DNA of 64,000 nt. It comes from the human T2T-CHM13v2.0 reference genome, Homo sapiens. Of this stretch, positions 1 to 12,960 are shown piece by piece. The stretch is from NCBI RefSeq assembly GCF_009914755.1, contig NC_060929.1; one strand, written 5' to 3'. A model generated the notes under the pieces. That model had not been told where the DNA came from. It ran no database searches and saw only the letters and a list, made by a program, of their open reading frames with translations. The translations under genes and the position numbers were made by a program. Numbering within the stretch: the stretch's first letter is position 1; each line of letters begins with the position of its first letter.

Positions 1-424
1 GCTCCAGCTACTTACATAATGATCAACCTCTGATTTGTAATTCCTGTGCATGTTAGCAATTCTATCTCAGGTGTTTAGGATGCAAATAATTTTTTAAAAA
101 TTAGTACTTGGCCTCCTTTGCTTGCTCCCAAAGGAGAATTTAATACATAGTATGACTGTGACATATGTATTTATTAAAGTATAAAATATTTTTTCAGTTA
201 GGTGAAATATAGAACTCAACAGTTTGGTATATAGTTGGTGTTCAACTGACGTCAACTTCTTCCTTTTTAAAAATATGTACTATTCTAGCAATATCATGGA
301 TTAAATGGGATTCTGATAGCTTCAGTTTGTGTTTTATTCTAAGTGTTCTAAGTGTGATAGGTCATTGTAAAGTTTTGGTTCCTGGGTAGAGGGTAGACTG
401 TAGTGTGAATAGTGGCCTCTTGGG

Positions 425-626
425 ATAGTGGAAGCAGAGAGGACAGTTTAGAGGCCTTTGCAGAAGTCCAGGTGAAAGATGGTGCTGATTTTAACTAGGA
501 GATTAGTAGTGGGGAGACGAGGTTTCAAGGTTGCCCTGTATTTTGAAGGTAAAGCTAACAGGACTTACTGCTAGATTGGATGTTATGTGTAAGGAAAAGA
601 AAGGAGTCAAGGAAGAGCCCTGGGTT
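425..626 (-). mobile_element. L2 (LINE-2) fragment
   Basis: gtggaagcagagaggacagtttagaggc...ttttgaaggtaaagctaacaggacttactgctagattggatg...ggagtcaagg matches the reverse-complement L2 consensus; boundaries approximate. Confidence 0.7.
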
Positions 627-2094
627 GAATCATTCAAGCTTTATTGATTTCTTTCCCTTAAGACACCAATTATCCACGTTATTTCTACCTTTAAGAAATC
701 ACCTTTGAACCATTTTCTGTTATTAAGTGGCTTCTCATTCCTCCTTTTCTGTCACCACCTACCTGTGGAAGGTTACAGATTATACCTGTTTTGTGAACTT
801 TCTAACAGATTTTGAAATCCCTGTTCTTTCATCAAACTCTCCTGATTAAGGAACCAAAGACCAGACTATTTCCACATAGTTTGTTCAGTTGGAAGGAAGG
901 GTTTCCATTAGCTATTCCGTTCTCAACCAAGTTACATATGTTGCCTCCTTGCTGTGGTGCACTTATCTTTTATTTGGACAATACCTGTTTCCATTCATAT
1001 ATTTGCTCTGCAAGTCTTAATTCCGTGTTTCAATATATGCGCATCAATATAAGTGCCCATCTTTGATTGTTAGCACCTAGAGGGCAATTGTTGTCTTACT
1101 TGTGCAATTAGGTTCTAAATAAATCATTTTTAAGCGATGATAACATTTTGATTCCAACGTAGTGGCTGTATTTGATAAGAACTTTAATCACATTTTCTCC
1201 AGTAATTAGGCTCTTTTTGGCTGACATTTAAAGTGATGGAATGGTATCTTTAGAACATCTGGATTTTTCAGAAGGCAGCTTCTGCTTTTAGTTTTCAAGT
1301 GTTGGCCTCTTTACCACGCTGAGTTCACAAGTTCTCCATTTATGACGGCATCATGCCTTTGCCATTCTGCCACATGCATCACATAATTCTTGTTACTGGA
1401 AAGCCACTTTTGTGTTTGAAACTATTTCGAAAGGGATGGAAAAATCCCTTATTTTAAGAAAAATTGACATCTTATGGTAGTAATCTAAAATTTTCATTGA
1501 GTTGGCTTCAATACTATGTTTTTATGAACCATGTGTAGCAAAAGGAATTAATTTTCTTTGAGTATCACCACACAGACTTTTAGGAACCAAGAATGATTTA
1601 TTTACTTAGTGTCTAAGATTTACCAACTTAAGAATGGAAAAATCCTATTGGATCATAAGAGACTGTTCCCTTCCCTACTGCAGGATTATGTGCTACAGTG
1701 TATTTCCTAATCTTTGTTCTTTTTAATAACATTCTTCCGGTATTCATTTGAAAGTCATTACTCCAAAATATTTCCATGAAATTATAATATCATGCCTGGT
1801 TTTAGATGGAGATAAATTTCTGATGTTTGTTTTATAATATCCACCAAAGTTTATTTTTTAAAAATATTAAGCAATATTTATCTCTTTAAAATGGGACAAT
1901 TATACTAGTCCCCTACCAGTTTAAATAATAGCAATATTTTCTTTTACTTTACTAACTTTATTATTTTTGGATTAGTGATATTTTGCTTGGAACATACTAT
2001 GGACTGCAGATTATTTCTCAGATATACTTTAGAAAGAAATTAGCATGGACCTCAAGCCAACAGGCAAGCAGATCAGGGTTTGTTTTCTTTTAAA

Positions 2095-5000
2095 ATTTTT
2101 TTTATTTTTAATTTTTGTGGGTACCTAGTAGGTGTATGTATTTACACAGTACGTGACATGTTTTCATACAGGCATGCAATGTATAATAATCACATCATGG
2201 AAAATGGGGTATTCATTCCCTCAAGCATTTATCCTTCATGTTACAAATAATGCAATTATATTTTTTTAGTTATTTTAAAGTATACAATTAAATTATTATT
2301 GACTATAGTCACCCTGTTGTGCTGTCAAATACTAGGTCTTATTCATTCTATTTTTTTGTACCCATTAACCATCCTTTCCTTTCTGTCCAACCCCCAACTA
2401 CCCTTCTCAGCCTCTGGTAACCATCCTTCTACTCTCTATGTCCATGAGTTCAATTGTTTTGATTTTTAGATCCCACAAATAGGGAGAACATGTGATCTTT
2501 GTCTTTCTGTACCTGGCTTATTTCACTTAACATAGTGATCTCCAGTTCTATTTTGTTGCAGATGATAGGATCTCATTCTTTTTATAGCTGAATAGTACTC
2601 CATTGTGTATGTGTACCACATTTTCTTTATCCATTCATCTATTGATGTACACTTAGGTTACTTCCAAATCTTGGCTATTGTGAGTAGTGCTGCAACAACC
2701 ATGGGAATGCAGATATCTCTTCAGTATCCTGATTTCCTTTCTTTTGGGTATATACCCAGCAGGGGGATTGCTGGATCATTTGGTAGCTCTATTTTTAGTT
2801 TTTTGAGGAACCTCCAAACTGTTCTCTGTAGTGGTTGTACTAATTTACATTCCCAGCAACAATGTCTGAGGGTTTCCTTTTCTCCACATCATCATCAGCA
2901 TTTGTTATTGCTTGTCTTTCGGATATAAGCCAGTTTAACTGGGGTGAGCTGATATCTCACTGTAGTTTTGATTTGCATTTCTCTGGTGATCAGTGATATT
3001 GAGCACCTTTTCATATGCCTGTTCACCATTCGTTTGTCTTCTTTGAGATATGCCTATTCAGATTTTTTGCCAATATTTTTTTTTCTAGAGAGTTGTGTGA
3101 GCTCCTTATATGTTCTGGTTATTAATCCCTTGTCAGATGGGCAATTTTCTTCCATTCTGTAGGATCTCTCTTCACTTTGTTGATTGTTTCCCTTGCTGTG
3201 CAGAAGCTTTTTAATTTGATGTGATCCTGTTTGTCCGTTTTTGCTTTGGTTGAATATGCTTGTAGGGTATTACTCTAGAAAATTTTGCCTAGACCAATGT
3301 CCTGGAGAGTTTCCCCAATGTTATCTTGTCAGAACTTCATAGTTTGAGGTCTTAGGTTTAAGTCTTTAATCCATTTTGATTTGATTTTTTTTATATGGTA
3401 GGAGATAGGAGTCTAGTTTCACTCTTTGGCATATGGATATCCAGTTTTCTCAGCACCATTTATTAAAAAGACTGCATTTTTTCTCAGTGTATGTTCTTGG
3501 CCCCTTTGTTGAAAACAAGCTCACTGTAGGTGTGTGGATTTGTTTCTGGCCTCTCTATTCTGTTCCATTGGTCTATGTGTCTCAGTTTACACTGTACCAT
3601 ACTGTTTTGATTACTACAACTGTGTGGTATAATTTCAAATCAGGTAATGTAATTCCCCTAGTTTTGTTCTTTTTGCTTAAGACAGCTTTGACTAATCTGG
3701 GTCTTTTCTGGCTCCATATAAAGTTTAGGATTTTTTTCCATTTCTGTGAAGAATGTCATTGGTATTTTCGTAGGAATTGCATTCAGTTTTTAGATTGCTT
3801 TGGGTAGTATGGACATTTTAGTAATGTTGATTCTTCCAATCCATGAACATGGAATATCTCTCATTTTTGGTACCCCCTTCCATTTTTTCATCACTATTTT
3901 ATAGTTTTTATTATAAAGTTCTCTCACTTCTTTGGTTAAATTAATTCCTAAGTATTTAATTTTATTTGTGGCTACTGTAAATGGGATTACTTTTGTGTTT
4001 CTTTTTCAAACTTGTAACTGTTGGCATAAACAAATGCTACTGATTTTTGTATGATGATTTTGTACCCTTCAACTTCACTGAATTTGTTTATCAGTTCTAA
4101 GATTTTATTATGGAGTCTCTAGGTTTTTCCAAATATAAGATCACATAATTTGCAAACAAGGATAATTTGACTTCTTTTTTTCCAGTTTGGATGCCCTTTA
4201 TATCTTTCCCTTGTCTGATTGCTCTAGCTGGGACTTTGAGTACTATGTTGAATAATGGTAGTGAAAGTAGGCTTTTTTGTTGTGTTCCAGATCTCAGAGG
4301 AAAGGCTTTTGGTTTTTCCCCATTCAATATGGTGCTAGCTGTGGGCCTGCTATATGTGGCTTTATTGCATTGAGATGTTTTAATTCTACATCCAGTTTTT
4401 TGAGAGTTTTTATTATGAAGGAATGTTGATTTTTATCAAGTGATTTTTCAGCATCGATTAAAATGATCATTTGGTTTTAGTCCTCCATTCTTCTCTTGAT
4501 ATATCACATTGATTGATTTACCTATATTGAACCATTCTTGCATCCCCAAGATAAATCCCACTTGACCATGATGAATAATGTTTTTAATGTATTGTTGCAT
4601 TCAGTTTGCTAGTATCTTATTGAGGGTTTTTTCATTAATATTTGTTGAAGATATTGGCCTGTATATATGTTTTTTGACATGTTTTTGTCTGGTTTTGGTA
4701 TCAGGGTAATATTGGCCTGATAGAATGAGTTTGGAAGTATTCCCTCTTCCTCTGTTTTTTCAGAACAATTTGGGTAGGATTGGTATTAGTTCTTCTTTAA
4801 ATGGTTGGTAGAATTCAGTGAAGCCATCAGGTCCTGGGCTGTTTTTTACTGGGAGAAATTTTATTACAGCTTTGATCTCATTACTTGTTATTGGTCAGTT
4901 CAGGTTTTGGACTTCTTCTTGGTTCAGTCTTGGTAGGTTGTATGTGTCTAGGAATTTGTCCATTTCTTCTAGATTTTCCAATTTATTGGCATATAGTTTC

Positions 5001-5340
5001 TCATAGTAGTCTCTAAAGATCCTTTGCATTTCAGTGGTATCAGTTATCAGTTGTAATGTCTCCATTTTCAACTCTGATTTTATATATTTGGATCTTCTCT
5101 CTTTTTTCTTAGTTAGTCTGGCTGAAGGTCTGTCAATTATGTTTAACTTTTCGAATACCAACTCTTTGTTTCACTGATGTTTTGTATTATTTTCTTCATT
5201 TCAATTGTATTTATTGCTGCTCTCTTCTTTATTATTTCTTCTACTAATTTTGGATTTGGTTTGCTCTGCTTTTCTAGTTCTTTAAGGTGCATCATTAGGT
5301 TGTTTATTTGAATTTTTTTGCTTTCCATTGTTTTAATGTA
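2095..5340 (-). mobile_element. 5'-truncated L1 (L1MA1-3 class), ~3.2 kb, 3'UTR plus degenerate ORF2
   Basis: L1MA-type 3' end (tttttgtgggtacctagtaggtgtat...aataatcacatcatggaaaatggggt). Minus-strand ORFs 4097-4327 (PLRSGTQQ...LFNIVLKV) and 4895-5161 ([23 protein letters not shown]) are ORF2 remnants. Confidence 0.9.
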
Positions 5341-5854
5341 GGAAAAGGCAGAATTGCTAGACTCATGATCCGGACATGAATAACTTGAGTAATAATATAC
5401 ATAATTAATATTCTGAAGCAATTTGGAGATGCACATCTAAACCTGCTAAGCCTCTCTGTAGGTGGCTTCCGTTTACGGTCCATGATTTCCAGAGGATAGT
5501 ACACCAGCACTTAATTGCCCATCTTTTCCAAGTTAAGATACATATATGAAATATAACTCAGGAATAGTTTAAATTAATCCACATATTTGTTATTATGGGC
5601 ATTATGAATACATTACATGGTGGCATTGTTGACATTTCTCTTTTTAACCTCATGGTGTACATATTTTATATTCCCAAATATAGTTTGGAAATCAAATGAC
5701 TTATAAAAAACAAAATAGTTAACTTTGGAAACAAAAGAATGAGCCCTAATGTTATGTATCACTTTGGTTGGATTCACATATTGTCCTGAAGCAGTCTATA
5801 ATTAAATAATCATTTAAATTAATAAATATTATTTTTTGTCCAGCAAACCAGATA

Positions 5855-6310
5855 AAAATCTGCTAATTTGCTACTTAAAAATTGGCAGTGGCTCTTCAGT
5901 GCCTCGAAAACAAAGTCTAACCTCCCTAACATAGCGTATGCTTTAGTACCAGGCCACATTTTAGTCCTACCTTCCATCCTTCCCTTTCTCACACCTTCTT
6001 CCTGCCCCACCCCTCATATGTTAGTTTGTCTCATATCTTTTTCCTTGTGGATTCCGCAATCCAAATTTTGCCCTTCTGCCAACTGTGATTTCTCCCATCT
6101 TTACCTGGTGAATTGCTATTCATCCTTCATGCCCAACCTCAAATGGCTGGGCATTTGAAGACTTTCTGGACTTGATTAGGTGGACCTGAAATATTTTATA
6201 TTCTCTAGGGTTTTCTAAGGCAGAGATGAAACTTTCTTCATCTCTGTATTCCTTTCTTCATCTAGTACCTACCACAGTATCTGCTAGGTGTTCGATGGTA
6301 GGCATATTGT
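5855..6310 (+). mobile_element. L2 fragment
   Basis: C/T-rich L2 3' region motifs (cagtggctcttcagtgcctcgaaaacaaagtctaacctccc; aggcagagatgaaactttcttcatctctgtattcc); approximate. Confidence 0.55.
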
Positions 6311-6333
6311 AGGAGCTTATGGAATTTGCCAAA

Positions 6334-6630
<297 letters not shown>

Positions 6631-6689
6631 GGAATTTGCCAGTAAATTAATGTTACGATAATCCATACATGGATAGATTATACTTTTTT

Positions 6690-6957
6690 ATATTATTTAA
6701 TTTAATTTTAATTTTTAATTTTTGTGGGTGCATAGTAGGTATATATATTTATGGGTTACATGAACTATTTGACATAGGCATGCAATGCATAATAATCACA
6801 TCGGGGTAAATGGGGTATCCATCACCTCAAGCATTTATCCTTTGTGTTTCAGACAATTCAATTGTACGCTTAGTTAATTTTAAATGTATAATTTTTTATG
6901 ATAGCCTGTTATGCTAGCAAATACTAGTATATACACATTCTTTCTATTTCTATACCC
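6690..6957 (-). mobile_element. Short L1MA (L1MA3-like) 3' end fragment
   Basis: tttgtgggtgcatagtaggtatatatatttatggg...aatggggtatccatcacctcaagcatttatcc; possible TSD atagattat at 6673-6681 and 6958-6966. Confidence 0.8.
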
Positions 6958-8098
6958 ATAGATTATGATTTAATGACCACTTGCCAATATTTCCTATTCT
7001 GATTCTTCATATTTCACATATGTGAAGAAATCTGTGCCTATTGTATTTTGATACAGACTTTTTGCTTGCCTTTACTTTGAATTCAGTGGTAGAATTTTAT
7101 TATAATAACCTAAGATAAATTACCTAATCTTATGTAAGTATATACTAAATATTGTGTATATGACCTTCTGCGCATTTGCCTGAGTGAAGAGTGATATATT
7201 ATTAAAGGGACTCTCGGAAGCATTTAAGAAGCATTGCCTATTAAAAAACAAAGTGTAACATGAATCCATAGCTCTCCAGGTGTTTGGAATCTCTTTGGAG
7301 GAAACTCATACATGAAACAAACAAACAAAAATGTAAACACAGTTGAGTTAAAATGCTCAGAGGAATAATCACTATAGGAATTCAGAGAACGGTGTGTTGA
7401 GATTGTTAAAGAGTAAGGGAGGAAGTAGGATTTTAGAGTGATTTTAAGGATGAGTAGGAGAGGAGTATATTGCGGGAGATTGGGAGCATTAGAGCAGAGG
7501 AACAACCTCTGAAGAGAGTAAGAAATCTTTCCTTTCCTTGGTCCCTTCTTATGCCATCTTTTCTCTGGACAGTGTTCTTTGCCTGCTGCGTTGTTGCTCA
7601 GGGTCACATTAGCTTAGTTCTGGGAAAGCATCCAGTAGGAAACGTGTAAGAAACTTCCTGGCCATAGCAGAAAATTGCTGTAGTATCAAATTGCTTTGTT
7701 GCTTGGGCCTCACATCTGTTTCCTTGCCCTTTCACCAACCCCTGTGCTACTAAAGTGGATCTCCTGATTCCTGAGTCCTTGATCTTTTGACCATTCCAAA
7801 ATGTTGCTATTATGCCTTGGTGCTCTCTGCCTGTTTGATTTCTCTTCTACCTTTCGTGTCTGCCCTCCTGTGACCTATATGTTGTAACGTTTGCCTGGCT
7901 GAAGTCTGAAGACTCAGACTCTTGGCTGGTTAGTATAGCTGGCTTACTGTCCAGCTGACCCACTCCATAGGTGATATTCCCAACCAGACAAATTGGAGTC
8001 CTGGTCTCTTGCCCAGCTTCTTGTTCTGTCATAACAACCAACTTGCTTGGTATGAAGGGTTCATTTGTGGGAATACTAAAAACTTTGTGAGAATACGC

Positions 8099-8137
8099 AA
8101 AAAGAAAAAAAAGAGAGAGAGAGACAGAGAGAGAGAT
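8099..8137. repeat. A-rich/(GA)n microsatellite
   Basis: aaaaagaaaaaaaagagagagagagacagagagagagat. Confidence 0.8.
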
Positions 8138-9018
8138 AAAGCTAGGCTGTGGAAAGATTTGCAAGAAAGGTTGAAGTTTATATTTCGTTCTCTAGGCCAC
8201 TGACCTTCAAAGCTCAAGTTTGCACCTCAAAAGTAGGCAAGATGATCCATGGGGTATGGACAGAAATTATTATATTATAATGACTGGCTCAGTGTGTTTC
8301 TATCTTTAAAAAGTTTTTTTCTAAGAAATACAGTTATTTAAAATACAGAAGAAACAAAAAAACCAAACATTTAAAATATAAAATAAATTAAAAATACAAA
8401 TGTTTAAATTGTGGATTGACCCAAGTCACCCCATGTGTCAGTTGGTCACATATCAACTTTGGTAACAGGCTTCTGGAGGAAAGAGTATGAACTCCGCGTC
8501 CTGGAGGCGCTGACAGCAGGACCTTACTCATTTATTCACTTTCAGCTTGTTTGAGGTATTGCTGTTTATGCGTGCCTAGATTTGCAGATTGTGTTTTTAG
8601 CCTTAAGCAAAATAACATTTGTAAAGTGGTCAAGTGCCTTTAAAAGATTCCTGCCAAGAGCCTGCAGGTTGAAGCTACTACTTGTGACGCAGTCACATGG
8701 AGGAGCTGATACTTGTGCTCCTAATACTAGCTTTAGCCACACTTAGAGCAAAAATCAGTGGTATTTTAATCAGATAAAACCGAACTTCTACCACCAAAAG
8801 TTGATAATTTCCAAGAAGACTATTAGAAAAGTGAATGTATCCAAATGCCTTTGACAAAGAACCTCACCCTAAGTGTATATTCCACTTTGAGATAATGCAC
8901 ATTGTGAATATAGTATTATGATTAGCCAGTCATTTAAAAATCGTGTTTATTTCATTTTTATACTCAACCTTTAAAATGCCCACTTTTAATGGACACTTTT
9001 AGTGTCTATGTTTAGTTT

Positions 9019-9055
9019 TATATATATATATTATCTATCTATCTATCTATCTATC
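9019..9055. repeat. Compound (TA)n + (TATC)6 microsatellite
   Basis: tatatatatata followed by six tatc units at 9032-9055. Confidence 0.9.
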
Positions 9056-10399
9056 TATACACCCGCACACACCTGTATGTATTTAATTTTGAGAATAAAC
9101 ATATATATTATAGATAAATATTTATATTTTGGGCACATGATCAAAAAGTTTTCAGGGGATTATTCTGTGGTCATCTGATTGGAAATTTTTAGAGAATACA
9201 GGTACTCCCAGTGAGGGGTGGTTTCTTTAATAACAAGAAACTGAAAACTGACTGAAAATCTAATCTTTTATGAAAATTACTTCTTAGATGCTTTCAGAAA
9301 TGTTGCTTCTTACCAATGTGATACATAAAACTAATCTCGTTTGACAGTGGTGATGACAAGTTTTTTAAATCAGTTTTCCTATGTATTCCTGTTACAGTTT
9401 TGGTTGTTTATTTGAACCTTGAAACACCAGAGCAAAAGGAGGATGATGTTAACCTAGTATGATATGGTTATTGTATTAGCTAAGTAGTAGCTATGTCTTA
9501 TTTAATATTAAAAAACAGCGAGTAATTCGTGTGTTTTCTGTCCGTTCTACAAATAAACCTGGTAATGGAGTTTTTTCAGAGAACCATAACATCTGAAACA
9601 CATTCGATGGGTTTACCAAAGAAAGTAATTATGGCTGTAAAATCTGTGTGACTATTTTTAAGTGAAGTTCTTCAGGAAAAGGGGGTAGACAGCATAATGA
9701 GAATTCTATTTTTAACTTAGGTCACTTTTTTCATGGACTGACAATGCTGTGACTTTTTCAGACAGACAATGAGCCATCTAGCTTTTGAACTCTTTCGTAT
9801 TCTGTAAACATTAGGAAGCACCAGTGTGTCTCCTAATGTAAACACACTGATCCAGACCTCATGAGGTATATTCATGATCATTTACTTTGTTTATTCAAAG
9901 GTCATTAAAAGATGTGATTTAGATTTGTTTTCTTAATATTTCTGTGGAAACTAAAAAGCTAATCTACAATGTTGTTTTACATACAGGTTTACCTGAAAGG
10001 AAAATAAAGTTTATTTTAGCTTTTGGCAATTTTTATTAATATAAAACATATAAAGTGAGTCACACAAAAGTTGACCTTGAAACTTCTCATTTTTCATGTT
10101 AGTGGTTTTAATACTATTGCATTTGAAATTTTTAACTTTTAATAAAATTGGGTTAAATTGTATCCCTCCTTTTCTTTATATATTTATTCCGCCTCTGTTA
10201 TCTTATCTTTCTGCATCTTTAGAAGATTATAAGCTTTTGGAATCAGAAACAATGTCATAGACTTTTCTTTTTTTTGTCTTCCCAGGAAGTTGATTAAAGT
10301 AGAAACTGTCATGGTCCCACAGTTTCCTCCAGTAGCTCAGGTTGAGGACAGATTATACATAGGACATAAGGAAACAGCTGCTAAGTCTCCTGTTGAGCA

Positions 10400-10595
10400 G
10401 CAGCATAAAAGCAGCATGTCAGGTCTGCAGTACTGGGTTCAAATCTTGGCTCTGCTAATTCTAAGCTTTATGGAGTGGGAAATTGACTCCATGAGTCAAT
10501 CTCATGGAGTTGTTATGAAACATGTAAGTTTCCTAACAAGGTGCTTGGTAAGCGGTAAGTACTTCATGAATATGAGCTGTTTTTATTATCAGTAT
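10400..10595 (+). mobile_element. MIR fragment
   Basis: ctgggttcaaatcttggctctgc (B-box region) ... gttgttatga ... gtaagtacttcatgaatatgagctgtttttattatc. Confidence 0.65.
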
Positions 10596-10825
10596 GATTA
10601 CGTGGAAAAGAGAACCTTGTTAGCAGGGGTATTTAAGGAGAAAGTAACTTCTCAAAAAGACCAGTGGTGAAAGCAGAAAGGCTATTGCAGTGTGGATGCC
10701 AATGCCCCTTCTAAGGAAGCAAGCAGGAGGGAAAGGGAAAGGAGAAGCAGCTGGACAGAAGCACCTGTGTCAGCTTAAATGACAGTACCAAACATTTCTC
10801 CTGACCTTCTGCCAGCATCATCTTT

Positions 10826-11321
10826 CTTAAAAAATAATTTCAACTTTTATTTTAGATTCAGTGGTTGCATATGCAGATTTGTTAGTTACAGGGTATATTG
10901 CATGATGCTGAGGTTTGGGATACAAATGATCTTGTCACCCAGGTAGTAAGCATAGCACCGAGTAGTTAGCTTTTCAACACTTTCTCCCCTCCCTCCTTCC
11001 ACATTCTAGTAGTCCCCACTGTCTATTGTTGCCATCTTTATGTCCATGAGTACCTAATGTTTAGCACTCCCTTACAATGTGGTATAAGTGATATTGGTTC
11101 TCCATACCATGGAGAACGGAGGTTATTTGGTTTTCTGTTCATGTGTTAATTTGCTTAGGATAATAGCCTCCAGCAGCATCCGTGTTCCTGGAAAGGACAT
11201 GACTTTGTTCTTTCTTATGGCTGCAAAGTATCCCATGGTGTAGAAGTACCACATTTTCTCTATCCAGTGGACTGTTGACAGGCACGTAGGTTGATTCCTT
11301 GTCTTTGCTATTGTAAATAGT
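10826..11321 (-). mobile_element. 5'-truncated L1 (L1PA15/16-like) 3' end
   Basis: caacttttattttagattcagtggttgcatatgcagatttg...gatgctgaggtttggg; exact 14-bp TSD ccagcatcatcttt at 10812-10825 and 11322-11335. Confidence 0.88.
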
Positions 11322-12529
11322 CCAGCATCATCTTTTGCTCAAAGTTAATTAAGTCCACTTCTCAATCCTATATTTTCCACATTTATTTCTCTGTAGTAGA
11401 AATTTGGGACTTTGATGTTGGGGTTCGAAACATATTTTTATTTTCCTTCATGAAATACTGCATGAGAAACAAGACTAGGCAAACATTTTAACTTGTAAGT
11501 AGTAAGTTTCTCATTATTAAAATATTCAATGTATAAATCATGTGCCACACTTAGCCAGGGGTTCATTTTTCCACTGGCTAATTTGGGGCCCCAGGAAAAC
11601 TGAGCATTATAGACTGTGGAAATATAGCCAGGGCCTTCTCAGTGATTAGATATTACTGAGGGCAGGGTGGAATCAGTGCTCTGCATTTATCCCATTACAG
11701 CCTTGGAGTGAAAGTGTCACCTCTTCCCATAGCAGCAATTACACTAGCAATTAGAGAATCAACACTTTTATGAATTTCACATCTGGCCCAAAGTACAAGC
11801 CTGAATTTCTAGACTTTTTACTATAATTATCCTGTTATATCAATATTTATCATTTTCTTAGTGGGAAGTCTTATTTTTATAATTTGGTAGAAGTTATCTA
11901 ACCAATTAGTTCTAATAAAAGTTTAACATTAAAAAGTGGTAGCATAAAAATAGTTTTAGATTTAATGATTCATATACACATCACATTATAAAATGTCTTT
12001 TGCAGTAAAGTTAAATAATAAAATGTTTTAAATGTCTGAGTTTTATTTTTTTTCTTCGTTGCAGGAAATTTACATTTGATGAGGAAACTAAATATCTTCC
12101 ATTTAAAGTCATAGGCCTAGTTTATCATAACTCATGCTTCTCTTCCCATTTTAGAGTGGTTTTCTAAATATAATCACAAAGTATGAAGTTTCTTTCATAA
12201 AACCTTATTCTGAAATGAGTTCCATGTGAGTGTTTACAGGGAAAACCAAGCCAACCAAAAGGCACTTTCAAGATTCATGTGTTTGCTTTATTTAAAAATA
12301 TCTATAATTAGTTGCTCATAGATAAATGATACTTTTGTCCTGCCTCAACATCATAAATCTTTGCGGGTGAATATTGTGCTATAATGTTTTTTCACCATGA
12401 TATGAATTTTAAAGACTTAATAAGCCCCTCTTAGCATGGTTACTTTAACAGGGAAAATTGAATCCTTGGTTTAACATATGAAGTAGTGAGTGGGGCTTTA
12501 GTAATGGATCCAGATTTAGCTGAATAATA

Positions 12530-12758
12530 CAGTTTGAATATCCCTTATCCAAAATGCTTGGGACCAGAAATATTTTGGATGTGGGGTTTTTGCACATTTT
12601 GGAATACTTGCATTGTACTTATCAGTTGAACATCCCTAATCCAGGAGCCCAAAATGCTCCAATGAACATGTCCTTTGAGCATCATGTAGGTGCTCAAAAA
12701 GTTTTAGATTATTGAGCAGTTCAGATTTCAGATTTTCAGGTTAGGGATACTCAACCTG
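12530..12758 (+). mobile_element. Tigger4a/MER46-type MITE (TcMar-Tigger)
   Basis: TIRs cagtttgaatatccctta / ttagggatactcaacctg, flanked by TA duplication at 12528-29 and 12759-60. Confidence 0.88.
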
Positions 12759-12760
12759 TA

Positions 12761-12960
12761 ACACTAACCTTAATTGAAGCTTTACCTTATTCCAGACGCT
12801 GTGCTAAATCTTTCATAGAGACTCGTCTCATTTAAACCTCACAACAAATCTTTGAATGAGATACTCTTCTTGTCCCTATTTTTAAAATGATGAAACTGAG
12901 TTTAAATAAAACTGTGAATGTATTTAACTCTTCTAAGATCACACAACTATTAAGTGGAGA
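12761..12960 (-). mobile_element. MIR
   Basis: tctcatttaaacctcacaacaa...tttttaaaatgatgaaactgag...aagatcacacaacta is the reverse MIR core. Confidence 0.75.

Noticed and set aside
247-254. Full CRE palindrome TGACGTCA
   Set aside because: Single 8-mer in 64 kb with no promoter context.
2605-3807. Hydrophobic + strand ORFs of 64-124 aa
   Set aside because: Antisense reading of a T-rich L1MA fragment.
10290-10670. 126-aa ORF
   Set aside because: Starts at TTG, runs through a MIR, no recognisable homology, out of frame with the host gene.
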